A stretch of DNA of 64,000 bases from Macrostomum lignano (taxonomy: Eukaryota). Within the stretch, counting starts at the first letter, position 1. Each line of letters starts with the position of its first letter. Shown here piece by piece: positions 24,110 to 39,145 of the stretch. The position numbers and the translations under genes are program-made. The DNA lies in contig NIVC01000438.1 of NCBI GenBank assembly GCA_002269645.1, positions 624,272 through 688,271 on the forward strand, read 5' to 3'. The notes beneath the pieces were generated by a model. It ran no database searches and was not told the origin of the DNA. It saw only the letters and a list, made by a program, of their open reading frames with translations.

Positions 24110-24530
24110 GAGGCCTGCAGACCGCAAGAGGGCGACGTTGTTTCAGGCGGTGATTGAGATCGTCATGTTGTACAACACGGCCGAGTCGACTTACGCTGAC
24201 ACGGATTTGCTCAAACAGCGGGTCGATGTGGCGCACGCTGGCCTGCTGCGCGCGCCGACTTCAAGATCGAGCGATCAGTAAACGAAGCGGCACTCATCGC
24301 GCACCGGCCTGTTCCATCCCAGCCCAGTTGCGCCGTTGGCGACTCTAGCTGGCAGGCCATGCCATACATCCGAGCCGAGTCGTAGGTATTGCCCACAGCC
24401 GGTGCAGCTGAGATACTTCTGCTGACGCTGCAAGCACCTTAATTATTACCGGCCCGGGATGGGGGGCAGGCGGCGCCCTATAGACACTGCCGGCGGTGCT
24501 GCCTACGTTCGCGCCCAGGCCCCAAAAACG
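24110..24530 (+). mobile_element. Decayed 3' fragment of an RTE-like non-LTR retrotransposon
   Basis: TLFQAVIEIVMLYNTAES...RVDVAHAGLLR resembles the post-RT region of RTE LINEs; similar to 41011-41295(-) and 37255-37440(+). Confidence 0.65.
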
Positions 24531-26436
24531 CGCTCTCTTGTGCGACATCATGTCCCTCGCTTAACTGGCTGGCAAATTTGTCGTTAGGTCAATTCTTTGA
24601 ATCAATTTTCTTAGGTCAATAATATTTATGCTGCCAATTCATAATCCATAGTTAATGGATTATGAATTCATAATGCATAGTTAATGATTCGCCGTTCGAA
24701 AATTTCCCAAGGAGGGTTACTGTTATACATTGTAGCTTATAATAAGCTTTTCAAGATAAGCAGCCTGCAGAAAGCACAAGAACATTGGCAGCGCCATACA
24801 TATTACAGTATTTCGTTTTCAAAACTGCATAGGGCTACGTGCGTTTGCTCCAAAGCTCTATAAACTACCGTCTACAGAGACACAAACCTTATATTTTGAC
24901 ATCGCAAGAATAAGAGCTTTAATAAAAGTTTAATATACATGTAAATCCTCGCACTATCAATTTGATTTTTATAAAGCACATATACATATGTATTTTTTAT
25001 GGTGGGAGAGTTTAAATTCTTTAGAATTTTCTTTAAAAACTAGCTTTTCAGTCCCATGTACTGTAGCTACTCGTCATCTTCGTCCGATAATTGTGTTTCC
25101 ATGACTGCGACTTAATACATGTACGTACTGTACATGTATAACGCGTCGTCAGCCGTCAACGTAAATGTAAAAATAAAGATCTATGCCAGCGCCGTCCATG
25201 GACGTTGGTACGTTGGGTAGGTCGGTGGGACGTAGGAATTATGTTTAATGGGGGGTTGTACATGCAAATGACAAAGTGAAATATGCATGTACACAAACCA
25301 CTACACTATAGCAAAGGCAGAGCAAGCATCTCTTCGTACTAGTTCGTCGAACATGTACTTCTTCATTGCTCCACTTGGGGATAATTGAAAAAAATATCTG
25401 AGAGAAGTAATGTGCTGTAATTAAGCTGAAGAGGTGTTTATTAATATCTTTTAGCCAGAGATGCATTGATTAAAAGTACGTGTGCCAAAATTTCATCCGA
25501 ATTTAGACGACTCCAGTCACTTTAATATTTCAAGCTCCCAGGCATCGTGCAGTAATTTATTCATGATCGATGATCGCTACAGTTGCATAGCTAGGGAAAA
25601 CACCATTTACGACTAGATGTGAATGCAGTCGAATTTTCCTCATCGATTAAAATTGTCAGATGTGTGCTTACAGTTGACTAAACTATGCGGACGGTTCCAT
25701 ACTCTGACGACGTAAGAGACGGAACTCTTTTGATTCTGACTTAAATAAAGTCAATACATGTACATGTAACGGGTACAGCGCAGTCCCAGATTTCAATAGG
25801 CATTTTTTGGCACTAATGAGTTTATTAGGAGCTTTTTTGCAAAACAATCTAAAAGATCTATCATAGTTTTTTGCTCAAATGAAAAAATGCAGTGCCATAT
25901 TTCAGGCGCATTGAATTCATCATTTTCTTAGAAGTGTTTTATGGCTTACTGTACAATGGTCGAGCTACTTCAAAGCACGGTCTGGCCCCCTGTGCAACTG
26001 ATTGTAGAATTATGCTTGATTCGCCTGCGGAAACAGCTACAGAGGTTCAATATTAATAATATGCAGCTAAGAATTTCGACCCTATAAGCTTGATGCATGT
26101 GACAGATTGGCATAGATCATTTGCATACGCGTCAGTCACACAAGTTCATGTATAAAATGGGCTCCATAAACCAGTAAAACTGCCCAATTTCACAGTTTTA
26201 TATTTTTCAGCCCACAGAAACCCTGTCAGAAAAATCTTGTAAGACACGGAATCTCAAAAAATGAACAGAATTCAAGAGCACGCAATGAAAGAGGTAAGAC
26301 TACGGATAATTAAATAGTTCTTCACGTTTACACACGACCGACTACTGTACTGCCAATAAGTAACCAAAGATATCAAACGTAAAAGATTTCAGCAACCGAA
26401 GAGATTCCAACAGACACAAATTTGGAACAAGTATCC

Positions 26437-29400
26437 ATGGAGCTTGAAAGCACGACAGTAAAAACTGAACCAAAAAATCTGCTTTACTCAATCCTGGATG
26501 TGCCTCCAATCAGCCAGTGCATTCTGCTCGGTTTGCAGCACTTCATCACGATGATGTCCGGCACTGCAATTCTACCAACTCTACTGTTCAAGGCTCTGTG
26601 CATCACGGAGCTCAGTGACCAGTCGGCAGTGATTTCGTCCACATTTTTCGTGATGGGCTTGGCAACCCTGCTGCAGACGGTGCTGGGCACCCGACTGCCC
26701 ATCATCCAGGGCGCATCGGCCGCGTTCTTCGTTCCTACATTTGCGATTCTGGCTTCCGATAGTTTATCGTCGTGTCCAGTAATCTCGTTGGACAGTGGGA
26801 ATGCAACCCATGAAATAATTTCGGCCACAAACAACACTCCAGTCTGGATGGAGCGAATATCCACTGTAGGAGGTACTCTTGCAATCGCATCTGTATTCCA
26901 AGTACTATTGGGTGCCACAGGTCTTACCGCAGTGATGATGCACTACATTGGACCCTTGGTGGTTGCGCCCACCATCTGCCTGATCGGACTGTCGTTAGTT
27001 CCGATTGCATCGGCTAGCGCTGGTGGAAACTGGCTCATCGCTCTGCTGTAAGCATATGTATTAAAAAGCACACGAAGACCCCACCAGTCATACCAATTAA
27101 TACTAAAAAATGGACTAAAATTGCTTTAAGATCGCATCCATCATAAACCACAAACTTTTCGCAGCGTTTGTCTTCTAATTGTGATATTTAGCTACGTGCT
27201 CGATGCGATCAACGTACCGGTGCCAACTGTTTGGCAGTGTCGATTGCACTTTGTCCGACTTCCTTTGTTTAAGTCGTTTCCGGTAAGATTAGATAGATCT
27301 ACTTCCTATGTCGTACGATACGATTAGTAAATTCTTTCAAGAACTATACTCAAGAATATTTTTGCTCGGTCGGTTCCATCGTTTCATTTATGTGACGTTT
27401 CATACATCTAGTAGATAACAAAGTTTTCTTATCATTGTGCAGAACATGCGGATGTCTTTAAAGATTTTCTGACCGACGAGGATAGCGAATGTGACACAGC
27501 ATAAGTGGAGGGCGGTCGAACTTCGCGAAGGCAGACCGAGACCGGTTACTGGCCTGTTTTCCTTCCTCAGTACGAGCTAAGTCATAGCCACAGGTCGTCC
27601 TCTCCCACCACTCTCTTATTGTGCGCAGAAATTTCTTCTATGCTTTTATCTTTTTATATTATAATTTTCGATATTTATTCATCTACTTTTCTCAGTAGTC
27701 TAAGTTGAAACTTTCGCAGATACAATTACATTAACATTTAATCGAAAAGGCGAGACTGACCATTTAGCGTTGAAGCTGTTTTCACATACATACACAAGTT
27801 TTTGCAATTTTAGAAGACAATTTAGATAAGAAAAAAAATTGCTATCAGCAAGGCTTCAAAGCGTTCCTTACAAACTAACTAAGTACACACGCATTACCGT
27901 TACTCCTTTGTAGGTACTTCTTTCCGTGGGCATCACCTGGGCACTTTGCGGCATCCTAACCGCCTCGGAAGCCTTGCCTGATAACCCGAAAGCTTGGGGC
28001 TACGCTGTCCGTACCGACACGCGTTCAAGGGCGTTCGCCCAAGCCGATTGGTTCCGTCTGCCATATCCGGGCCAGTTTGGGACGCCTCGAGTACTTTTTG
28101 TCGGCGTACTGGGCATGATGGCCGGCTCACTTGCATCTATTGTTGAAAGCATGGGCGACTATGTGGCTGCTGCCAAACTGTCTGGAGCGCCGAGGCCTCC
28201 GGCTCATGCGGTCAACAGGGGTAAGATGAAGTCGAAGTGAAACCCCGACGCATTCAAGATATTCTCTGTCTTTCTCGAAGGCATTAATATTTTATAACAA
28301 ACTAGAAAGTTTCCGTTTGTACTCCATGGTTTTCATTTTGCCAACAGATTGTGCTAAAGTAGTCAATGCAAGTGAAGGATGCAGTGTTTTGCTTCTCCGT
28401 CAAACCAGAAGATCTGGTAGACCGACAATCAACGAGATATAGCAGTGAAGTTCTTGGCATCAGTACCCCTAAAGGACCCAAAAATAGATAGATACAAAAA
28501 TTTTGATGATAAAATCAAATTCCTCCAAAAAATCAATTAATCAATGAACTTGAGTGTGCATCTTTGTTATTTGAACATCACTGTGACATATCGACCTAAA
28601 TTGGTAATTACCTTTCTTGTGTAAATGACAAGTAAAATTTTTGCTATATTTTTTTACTATTTTTATGCTTTAATGATTCATTATCATACATAGTACGGTA
28701 CATAGACCTATAGAATGCACTCAACTTAATCCCCTCCCTACCCAAAATACAGGTGTGATCATAGAAGGTGTGGCTTGCATTCTAGCCGGCATATTCTGCT
28801 TGGCCACCGGCAGCACCTCCTACAGCGAGAACATCGGCGCCATCGGCATCACTCGCGTCGGTAGTCGTCGGGTAATTCAATACACAGCTGTAATCATGCT
28901 CATTCTTGGCATCTGTCCCAAAGCTGGGGCGGTGTTTGTCTCTCTACCTGAGCCAGTCATTGGCGGCTTGTTCCTTGCAATGTTCGGCATGGTGGCGGGT
29001 GTTGGCTTGTCCAGTCTGCAGTACGCCGATATGAGCAATCAGCGAAATGTGTTTATAGTTGGAAATGCATTGGCTTTTGGACTGGGCGTGCCACATTGGC
29101 TGAAAATGTCGGCACCTGATGGTGAAGGCCTGTCGCATGCAGAATCTCTACTAGCTGATGTAAACAGTGGAGGTAATTGTAGCTGACATGTATAGACACT
29201 TACTAACCTAGGTTGGTACTGTAAACTGACTGCTCCGAATTGACTTGACCGATTACGTGTCAATCACTCCTTCCAAACTTTGTAACACTCATGTCACTGC
29301 AATCGTTGATTAAACAAGAGGCATCAAAAAAACTTTTTCAGGTTTTCTTTTCAGATTTACGGAACAATTTTTATTCAATCACAAAGAAAGTTGAAATTGT

Positions 29401-30143
29401 GGAACGTTGTGGTCCTTGTTATTAAAGTCACAGTTTTACTTTTTAGGTTAATAATAACCACCACCACCACTAGTAGAGAAGTGAAAACTTTCGAGACACC
29501 ACCAGACACAATCGCAAAAGTTTTTATACGAAACATTATTTGAATCATCCTAAAACTTTCAGCTGGTCGTATCGCACTCGAGACGTTGCTGACATTGCTG
29601 AAAAATGAAATTTTCGTAGCAGGTATTGTCGCTTTCGGACTAGACAATGGCTTAAAAGGTGACTGAATGTGTCATTATCGGACAATTTTATCGATTAAAA
29701 CCGAAATAAAAGAACGCAACACTTGATATAGTCATCGAAATGAGCTGGAGGCCGGTAATGAACGAACAAATTCGGTCGAAAAAAATGCGCTAGAAAATCC
29801 GATTTCTGGAGAGTATAATAAATGCACTAACGATGTACGATAATATCCGTTCCATACGGACTTCTGGCTCATTTAAACAAGCTAACCGTCCTTTTACTTC
29901 ATTGTTTTCTGTTCCTAACATTGCCTTTCTTCCCTGACAGGATCGGTGGTAAACCCAAGCCTGCCTCGATCGAATGACGTCTCGACTGGCGTGGACACAA
30001 AACAAAGTGACGAGCAGTACACGGCGGAGAGCCTCGAGTTCTACGACATCCCTTTCGGTCGAAGACTATTCGCGGGCCGACTGCCGCTTGTGCCGCCGTT
30101 TCTGCCTAAATATTCGGGCAGACAGACAGCTGGAGCTAGCTAG
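26437..30143 (+). CDS. SLC23/NAT-family nucleobase transporter, copy A; exons 26437-27047, 27165-27282, 27914-28220, 28753-29172, 29563-29658, 29941-30143 (584 aa)
   Basis: [49 protein letters not shown] motif [15 protein letters not shown]. All introns are GT-AG and phases join (1755 nt). A further 5' exon is not excluded. Confidence 0.92.
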
Positions 30144-30814
30144 TTTGCGCAGTTGCTTGCGAAATCTCATCTACGTTTAAACGGGTTGTTTTCTGTCACT
30201 AATTCAATATTTAGTCTATACTAATGTTTTCTGATCAAATTGAAACGTTTACTTTCCTATAATTTTGCGGTGTTCTAAGAACGTCCTAATGTTTAAATGA
30301 ACAGGTAGCTAATTATTTTAATAAGTTATCTAGTACTGTACATATTTAACAGCAAGTAATCTAATTAAATAAATGTTTAATTTGTTAACAAACACGGCAT
30401 TTTAGATCACCAGAAAAAGAATTTGTGAAAGAAATGTATTAAAAAATAAATTATCTATGTTGCACTAACAATACACTATATATTTTAATCGCCTGCAGCT
30501 CGCAACTACATGACAGTTGTGAAAACCAATAGTTAAAAATACAAGATATGCATGCAGTCTCCCCAATATTCTTACTGCGCCTGTAAAAACGAAACTGCGA
30601 AGAAATTGCGAATTTTCCAATTGCGGCACATTTTCACGCTCGAAATTGCATTGCTGTTTTTATATATAATCGCCTGCAATGAAACTGCACAAAATTATAT
30701 TTAATTTTAAAAAAATTTTCCGCTCTAAGATAAAGCCAAATAAATACCTTGAAATTCGGGTGAGTACCTAAATGCACACCTGATATAGAAAGATGGATTT
30801 TTTATTTATACTGA

Positions 30815-31345
<531 letters not shown>

Positions 31346-33601
31346 ATAGCTTTATGCAGCTTTGTTTTCAATATGTTGTGCGCAAAGTTCGGAAATAGCA
31401 CAAAATTATTTAATGGCTTTTCAAGGTGGTTAAATGCTCAAACCCATATCGTGAGAGATTTGAGTCACAATCGGCAGATTTAAGCCCTTGGATTGAAAAG
31501 ACGTTGCTCGTGCAAATTCAACTTTTAGAAGCAATGTAACGTTTGTTATAGTATAAACACTACCCTGTTAGATCGAGCCACAAGCAAGATAGGTTGTTGG
31601 CATTATACTGATAAAAGTTTGCTCAAGAACTCACTCCATACTTTACTAGTTAGTTAGTAGGATTGATTCACAATGCTTTTATCTTCAAGCATGAACATTC
31701 AACATGACAGCTAAGCAAGAGATATTGAACCCGTTAAGTTGGCTCTGCGGCACAGGCAAGATAACAGAATTTGTTAAAAATGGGTTGTAAAATCGCAAAA
31801 CAACGAAGTTTAGAAGTACTATTGCTAATAGGAAGCACAGTAGGCAGTCAGCATGAGCTGTGGAAAAACTTTGAGCAACTAATGGAGTGTATAAATGTAG
31901 AATATTGGAGAGTGTCAAATGGGGAGACCACAGTTGCTGGCCAAAATACATGAACCCTATGTAAAAATTTCATCGCGTGATATTTTGCTCCACCTTATTA
32001 ATTATCCACCACATATTGTCTTCGTATTTTCGTAATAATGGTAGATTGTTTAGTATGTCGATGGCTCAAAAATTGCTAAAATTTTGCAAGCTTAATGCAA
32101 GATTAATGTGTGTCTGGGCAAAAGTATACATACAATGACATCTGTGCTGCCTAAATTGTTAGTTATTATATTGTAAAGCACTTGTTCAGCATGTTGTTCA
32201 GTATTTAACTGGTCTGCATTGCTCCAAAACAATCTACCATTGAGGCAGAGAAGGAGAGGGAAGAGGGGCAGCCAACTGAACCCGAGCAAATTGAATTTTT
32301 GCGATAAAATATAAGCACGGTACAGTCGGTTCGGAGAACACTTCGGAAACTATATATATATTGCTTGAAGGAAAAAAGTTGCTTTCAACTGTATTTTTAG
32401 TTCTTTCAAGCAGTTGTTTTACCACGGAGTACAAACAAAGACATGAGTTCAGATAAGGCACCGAATGGAATCGAACTGGAAGAGGAAATCCAGCGCGACC
32501 ATCTAATTCAAGTAGGTCTTTGACTGATCAGTCAGTTGTGATCGACATTTTAATCTTACAGCGGTATGGCTACAACACTTAAGTGCGTATAATTTTATGA
32601 CGCAAATAGTGCAATCACTATAAGTAGCCTTCTCAAACGTTATAGCGCACCTCTTTGACCCATATAATATAGCAAAACATATGTAGATGCGCAGTATCAC
32701 CCGAATAACACTCCTCTTTTCGATCGCTGTCCACAAAATTTATTATCGCGATATTGTTTAGAAACGATAAGGCGGTTAAACAAAACAACAATTATACAGG
32801 CAAAGAATAACAAACGAATGAACAGAAAAATACTATGGGAGAAGATCGGACAGTAACAGGTTTCGTAAAAGATCACCAGCAGCTACGACAGTTATAAACC
32901 TTCAATTGTACATTACAATTGAGCAAAGTGAGCAATGCTAAAATTGAAGTTCACTGTTGCTCATTCCCTTTCTGATCACCCGACCCTCACTCATGGCCGA
33001 ACAGCCTTCTAATTAGTGTAGTGTAGAGGTGTTCTTGTACTGTCGCACTCCCGAAGTGCTACGGTGAGTATTTTTTTTCATTATGAGCGGTTAATCATCG
33101 TCTGCAATTGGTGTACACTGCGGTATTTATCAATTGATAACCATAGAGTAAACTTTAATTAGCTCGTAGCGGGCAAGTACTGGTAGCAGCAAAAGCATTC
33201 ACGTCTTTTACAAGCTGTAGAAAGAATTGATTAGCGTAAACTGACCGAATTTTTTTTGCCTCAATTGAGTGACGATATGATCTCACTCATCGCTCATTGA
33301 TTTTCATGATGGCGTGTATCATGTACCGCGGGGCAATGTCTTCATGACTGTGAATGTCCCCCCCCCCGTATTGGACAAAAACATCACTCATCAGAAAAGC
33401 CTTCGCCATTTAGAGCCTTTGGCTTTTTTTACTTTTTTACCATCTGGAAAGTGCAATAGACTAAAAGTCATTCTACAAAAAAATAACGCACTCTACAAAC
33501 GGCAAACGTTTACTTAATGACCAGACCTGATGCTTTTTATTCATCATAGAGTGCGTTAGCCAAATGTACCCAACCAAAAACAATCCCATTTGCAGAATGT
33601 C

Positions 33602-34343
33602 ATGACTGAGGACGCCAATGAAAAAACTGAAGTAGCAGATGATTCGCCCAAACCAGCCAAAAAGAATCTGCTTTACTCAATCCTGGATGTGCCTCCAATC
33701 AGCCAGTGCATTCTGCTCGGTTTGCAGCACTTCATCACGATGATGTCTGGCACTGCAATTCTACCAACTCTACTGTTCAAAGCTCTGTGCATCACGGAGC
33801 TCAGTGATCAGTCCGCTGTGATTTCGTCCACATTTTTCGTGATGGGCTTGGCAACCCTGCTGCAGACGGTGCTGGGCACCCGACTGCCCATCATCCAGGG
33901 TGCATCGGCCGCCTTCATGATCCCAACTTTTGCGATCCTTGCTTCAGACAGGCTGCCCGCTTGTCCCGCTGATCACGTGGGCAATGACAGTTCGATTGAC
34001 GGCGGCGCGATTAACTCAACTACTAGTAGTAGTCCGGTGTGGATGGAAAGAATTTCATTCGTCGGCGGCACTCTGGCCGTATCTTCGCTGTTTCAGGTTA
34101 TTATGGGCTCGACTGGCTTCACGGCTATCATGGTTCGTCGTATTGGACCTCTGGTGATTGCACCAACAATCTGCTTGATTGGATTGTCGCTTGTGCCAGT
34201 TGCGGCTTCAAGTGCCAGTAGCAACTGGTATGTTGCCATGCTGTAAGTTACTCGCAGTCAAAAGATTTATTTGAGTAATTGCTGGAAAATTTTTGTAAGA
34301 CCGACAGACAGACAGACAGACACACACACAGACAGACAGACAC

Positions 34344-34402
<59 letters not shown>

Positions 34403-34467
34403 CACACACAGACAGACAGACACACAGACAGACAGACAGACACACAGACACACAGACAGACAGACAC

Positions 34468-34545
<78 letters not shown>

Positions 34546-37500
34546 TAGCGTTTCATTGGGTTAACAGTGTACTTCCAAAATGAGGACAACCGGTTTTCAG
34601 AAGATACTTTTTATCAATATTTTCAGAGTCTGCATCCTAGTGATTCTATTTAGCTACGTGCTCGATGGGGTATTGGTCCCACTGCCAATTTTGAGTCAGA
34701 GACGAATAAGATGCAGCGGCTTCGCTTTGTTCAAATCATTTCCGGTGAGAAAATGTTTTTTAACTTTCAAATGGGGTCACTTGTACAAAAAATACAGTCA
34801 GTAAAAGTACTGTATATATTAAAACTAAGGATAATATTAGTTTGTATTCAATTTCAGCGAATGGAATCGTTTAAGACAGGCTGGTAACGCGTTGAACAAC
34901 ACTGTGTTGAAAAGTTGAAGTTGAATCTGTATTTCCAATAAAACAAACAAATACATGAGACAGGCAACAATAGAATTTTCTGAGCTGGTTCAGCTACCGG
35001 AAATCTCCTATCCAGCATTTCCCCTCCAGCTTCAGACTCGAATCACCGGTGGGGAAACGCTGGAGGGGAAATGCCAGAGGGACCCCTATGGACACATTGA
35101 TGTCTGGTAACAATTAGCGCTAAGGTAATTACATGTATGCCCATTCCACCGACTTCTCAGCACTTACAAGCGCATGAATGCTTTACACAGGCACGCACTC
35201 ATACACAAGCTCACGCAGAGTGTACAGCCGTCCTGACTCTCTAATCGTCAGACATGTACACTCTCTGTGTCTTGGGGATCGGTCCACATGGCCGTGTATC
35301 GCACAACAACCACCGACCAGTTTTCATGCACAAGCCCGTCATAAACTTTACCTCCCAGGAAGAACTAGCTTGAAAAAACCTCTAATTTTATGGATAGGTG
35401 CTGCTATCGGTCGGCATTGCCTGGGCATTGTGCGCCATCCTGACAGTCGCTGGTGCGTTTCCCAGCGACCCGGGAGCGTGGAGCTACGCTGCTCGGACGG
35501 ACATTGGATCGCGGGCCTTTACCGAGGCGGCTTGGTTCCGCCTGCCCTATCCTGGCCAGTTCGGCGAGCCACGAATTCTCGCCGTCGGCATTCTCGGCAT
35601 GACGGCCGGCGTCATCGTGTCCGTGGTGGAGAGCATCGGCGACTACGTGGCTGCGGCCCGGCTCTCAGGGGCGCCTCGACCACCTGCGCACGCCATCAAT
35701 CGAGGTAATCAATGCAGCTGCATGGCTTCTTATGCACTGCGATAGGGGAGGTCCTGTTGTCTAATTTGTCATACCCCACAGAACACGCAAGCCTGAGGAT
35801 AAGTACATAGGCGGTTAAACATTTAGAACAAATGTATTTTCTTCAAAGATTTCTTGCATAATGCACCGCATCCAATGGGTTTTCAAGCAAAATTAGACCC
35901 TCAAAATTTACTATAATATTTTTAACTACCGCGGTACCTGAGTTTTAGGTGTGCAATGATCCTTGCTTTTAAAAGAGGTTTGTGGTAGTCGTGTCTTAGT
36001 AGTGACTCCAAAGTAGCAGTTTTCTTATCGCTATCTACCTTTGCTACCTCTGCCCCGACAAGTGCGATGTAAATACATTCATCCACATTTATAACTGTAA
36101 TAACTTCTCACTTGGGCATGGCCATAGACTATAAAAACGGTCTCTGGCACACGTGCATACCTAGATAAGTTTCTGTAGTCTATGGCTGGGTCCAAATGTT
36201 TTATTTATTGAGGCCGCGAACAGCTGAGGACACGTTTATGGGCCGAATCGAAACAGTTACATATAAATCAAATGAACACTAGCAGTAGAAAGTTTGATAA
36301 TTTTCCTATATTTTTTTAGTTCATCAGCCCAAAGTTGTAAATACTCACAAGTAGCATTAACTTCACTTTTATTTTGTTCCTTCTTGAATCAAGAATATTT
36401 GTAATAAAAATGTTGCATGCAGGTTGAAATGCAGACAATTTTTACCAATACCATTTTTCATATAGTTGTTGACCTTGTGTTTAGAAAGCTATCGATTTTT
36501 AAGCCAGGCCTGGCTTAAGGTTAGAGCATTGCTAGTCACAAAACAAAAATAACTCTAACCATTTTACTAGGCGTCTACAGTCTATAATTATTATTATTCT
36601 CAATACTATATATTGCAAACTTGAATCAGACTTACAGAAGACTTATCACCACAATCTGACCACATCAAAGGCGTCATCATGGAGGGCGTAGCCTGCATCC
36701 TATCTGGCCTGTTCGGCGTGCCCACCGGCAGCACCTCCTACAGCGAGAACATTGGCGCCATAGGAATCACCAGAGTAGGCAGCCGTCGGGTCATCATGTT
36801 CTCTGCCGTTATTATGCTATTCTTTGGCATTAGCCCTAAATCTGGAGCAGTCTTTGTGTCCCTGCCGCAGCCGGTAGTCGGCGGTCTGTTCCTGGCCATG
36901 TTCGGCATGGTAGCGGGGGTCGGCCTGTCAAGCCTACAGTACGCCAACATGAATAACCAGCGCAATGTGTTCGTGGTTGGCTACTCAATCATTCTCGGCC
37001 TGGCGCTGCCTCACTGGCTGCGAAGCCCGTCGAGAAGTGGCGGCATGACCAATGATCAGGCCATGCTGGTTGGCAAGGAGGGCGGTAAGCACTACGAATG
37101 TTCAGCCCCCGTAACTAGGTTCCCGTTATTCGGTTGTCAAAAGAAATTTTGGAATTTGGGCTAAAATTTTGAGCTAACACAGAATGTCTGCACTGTCTGA
37201 CGTAACTCATCTAAGAGCCTGATGAGCTCCGGGATTTTGGTGTCTATTCTAGCTGGTCTGGCTCCGTCCAAGCAACCTGTTGCGCCGTCGGGGACTCTAG
37301 GCTGCTTCATTTGCACTGAGTCATACTGCCAGCATTCGGTGCAGGAAATGCTGCTGCAGACTCTGCAGGGGCCTCACCGGCAAGGACAGGCACTCACTTG
37401 ACATTTCATCGACTGCCTGCTGTCTGACGCCGACATTCAGGATTTGAGTTTTGTTGCAGGATCTTCAAGTTACCTGCCACCATAAGGTTGCTCTTTGCGC

Positions 37501-38612
37501 CAGCTTCCAGTTGTTCCATCTTTTAAATAAAGATATGCTACATGTTGAATGTCAATTTAGCTTTATCATTACAAAATAACAGCTGTATACCAATGGTAGG
37601 GTGATGGTTTCATGTCCGAAAGTTGTCTTACTTTACAGGGTCCAAATAACAGCGGCAAATTTCACTCTTCCAAATTCAAATCGGAGTCCATGAAACCGGG
37701 AATACTATCAGCAGAATCATACAGGTAATCTATTGCTTAAACAGAACTATTAATTTCGCCTCGCTTCAATCGAATTTTCAGCCTCGCTCATCGTCTTGGA
37801 GACGCTGCTGACTTTGCTAAAGAACGAAATTTTCGTGACCGGCTTTGCCGCCTTTCTGCTGGACAATCTCCTCAGGGGTGAGTCGCACGGCTAGGGATAT
37901 TCTAGCGTTTGCATCGCGTGATTTTACTTTCAATGAGCTTTTATGAAGCCGTAGAGCTTTTTTGGAATTAATGTAAGTTATGCCTAGCAGCTTGAAGATA
38001 GGAATACATGCCTGGCCCATGGTCAAATTAATCTGGAGGATCAGCTGATCCAGAATCAAGGACAAAGATGGATTTTTTTAATTTTCATTGATCTGAGGCT
38101 TGGTAAAGGATTGCTGAGGCATCAACTCATCAACTCAATTACCACAATAATACTTTTACGGGAATTAGCGTAGGTCTAAGTAAGTTAACGAGATCTACAT
38201 TTCGGAGTCATTTTATGTCACGCATATAATAAAATATTGAAAAGAATGTAGTAAAGGTCATTGTATAATCTTAGTAAAAGAAAATCTAAGATAGAGTGGC
38301 ATGCCTATACCAGATCAAGGATGTGACTATAGGCTAGTCCGTCAATAAAGGCCAATACAACAGTTTCAATTAAAATTAAAATTTTTAATTAACATCGCAG
38401 GTAGTCCATCGGATCGCGGTCTGGTGGAAGAGGACGGAGCTGACAACTCGGACACGGGTCAACGCAACGATTTGGATTATTACGATATACCGTTTGGTGT
38501 CAAGTTGCTTGGCAACTGGCCGAGACTGCATGTGCTGCCGTTTTTGCCAGATTACAGACTCATCAAAAACGATGTTAAACAAAATACTCATCCGAAAAGT
38601 GACCAAGTTTAA
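33602..38612 (+). CDS. SLC23/NAT-family nucleobase transporter, copy B; exons 33602-34242, 34627-34744, 35398-35704, 36671-37084, 37782-37877, 38401-38612 (595 aa)
   Basis: Same motifs and intron positions/phases as copy A; exons 2, 3 and 5 have identical lengths (118, 307, 96 nt); 1788 nt in frame. Confidence 0.92.
34303..34545. repeat. (GACA)n microsatellite in intron 1 of transporter B
   Basis: Direct reading. Confidence 0.97.
37255..37440 (+). mobile_element. Short decayed RTE-like LINE 3' fragment in intron 4 of transporter B
   Basis: GAGTCATACTGCC...CGGTGCAGGAAATGCTGCTG and TTCATCGACTGCCTGCTGTCTGACGCC match the reverse complement of parts of 40590-41100. Confidence 0.55.
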
Positions 38613-38685
38613 AGCCTTAAGTCTAAAGTTGCTACGGGCAAATAATTAAGTAACAATGCTAGCAGATTTTTGGAAATTATTTGTA

Positions 38686-39145
38686 GTATTGCTTTTGTCA
38701 GCCTAACTGAGAGTGGAGCCACCCAAAGTGAGAATCCTGCCTACGCTGACTGCGAAGGGCCTGGCTGCGTGCAGCCTTAGTCTATGGGCCATAGACTATA
38801 AGGGACAAGCAAAGTGATAAAAAGCCATCCAATGTGAGAATCGATTGGTCTATGCGTCGTATTCTTTTATTTTTATACCTTCTGAGCTTCTGAGCCATAT
38901 GACTAGCCAATCCTAGCTTATCCTTTATAGTCTATGGCTCATAGACTAGGCTGGACGCAGCTAGGCCCTTCGCATTCAGCGTAGGCAGGATTCTCACATT
39001 GGATGGCTTTTTGTCACTTTGCTTGTCCTTTGTAGTCTATGGCCCATGGACTAAGGCTGCACGCGGCTAGGCCCTTCGCAGTCAGCGTGGGCAGGATTCT
39101 CACTTTGGATGGCTTTGTTCTCAGATAGGCTGACAAAACCAATAC
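38686..39145. mobile_element. Foldback/MITE-like element with about 157-bp inverted arms
   Basis: 38686-38842 is the near-exact reverse complement of 38989-39145; no clear TSD. Confidence 0.8.

Noticed and set aside
31410-31490. Possible tRNA or tRNA-derived SINE head
   Set aside because: The A/B-box resemblance is weak and no cloverleaf could be built; no tRNA or rRNA gene is supported in this window.
37639-37724. Extra exon in transporter B (AG...GT bounded)
   Set aside because: 86 nt with an immediate stop in the required phase; exons 4 and 5 already join in frame, as in copy A.
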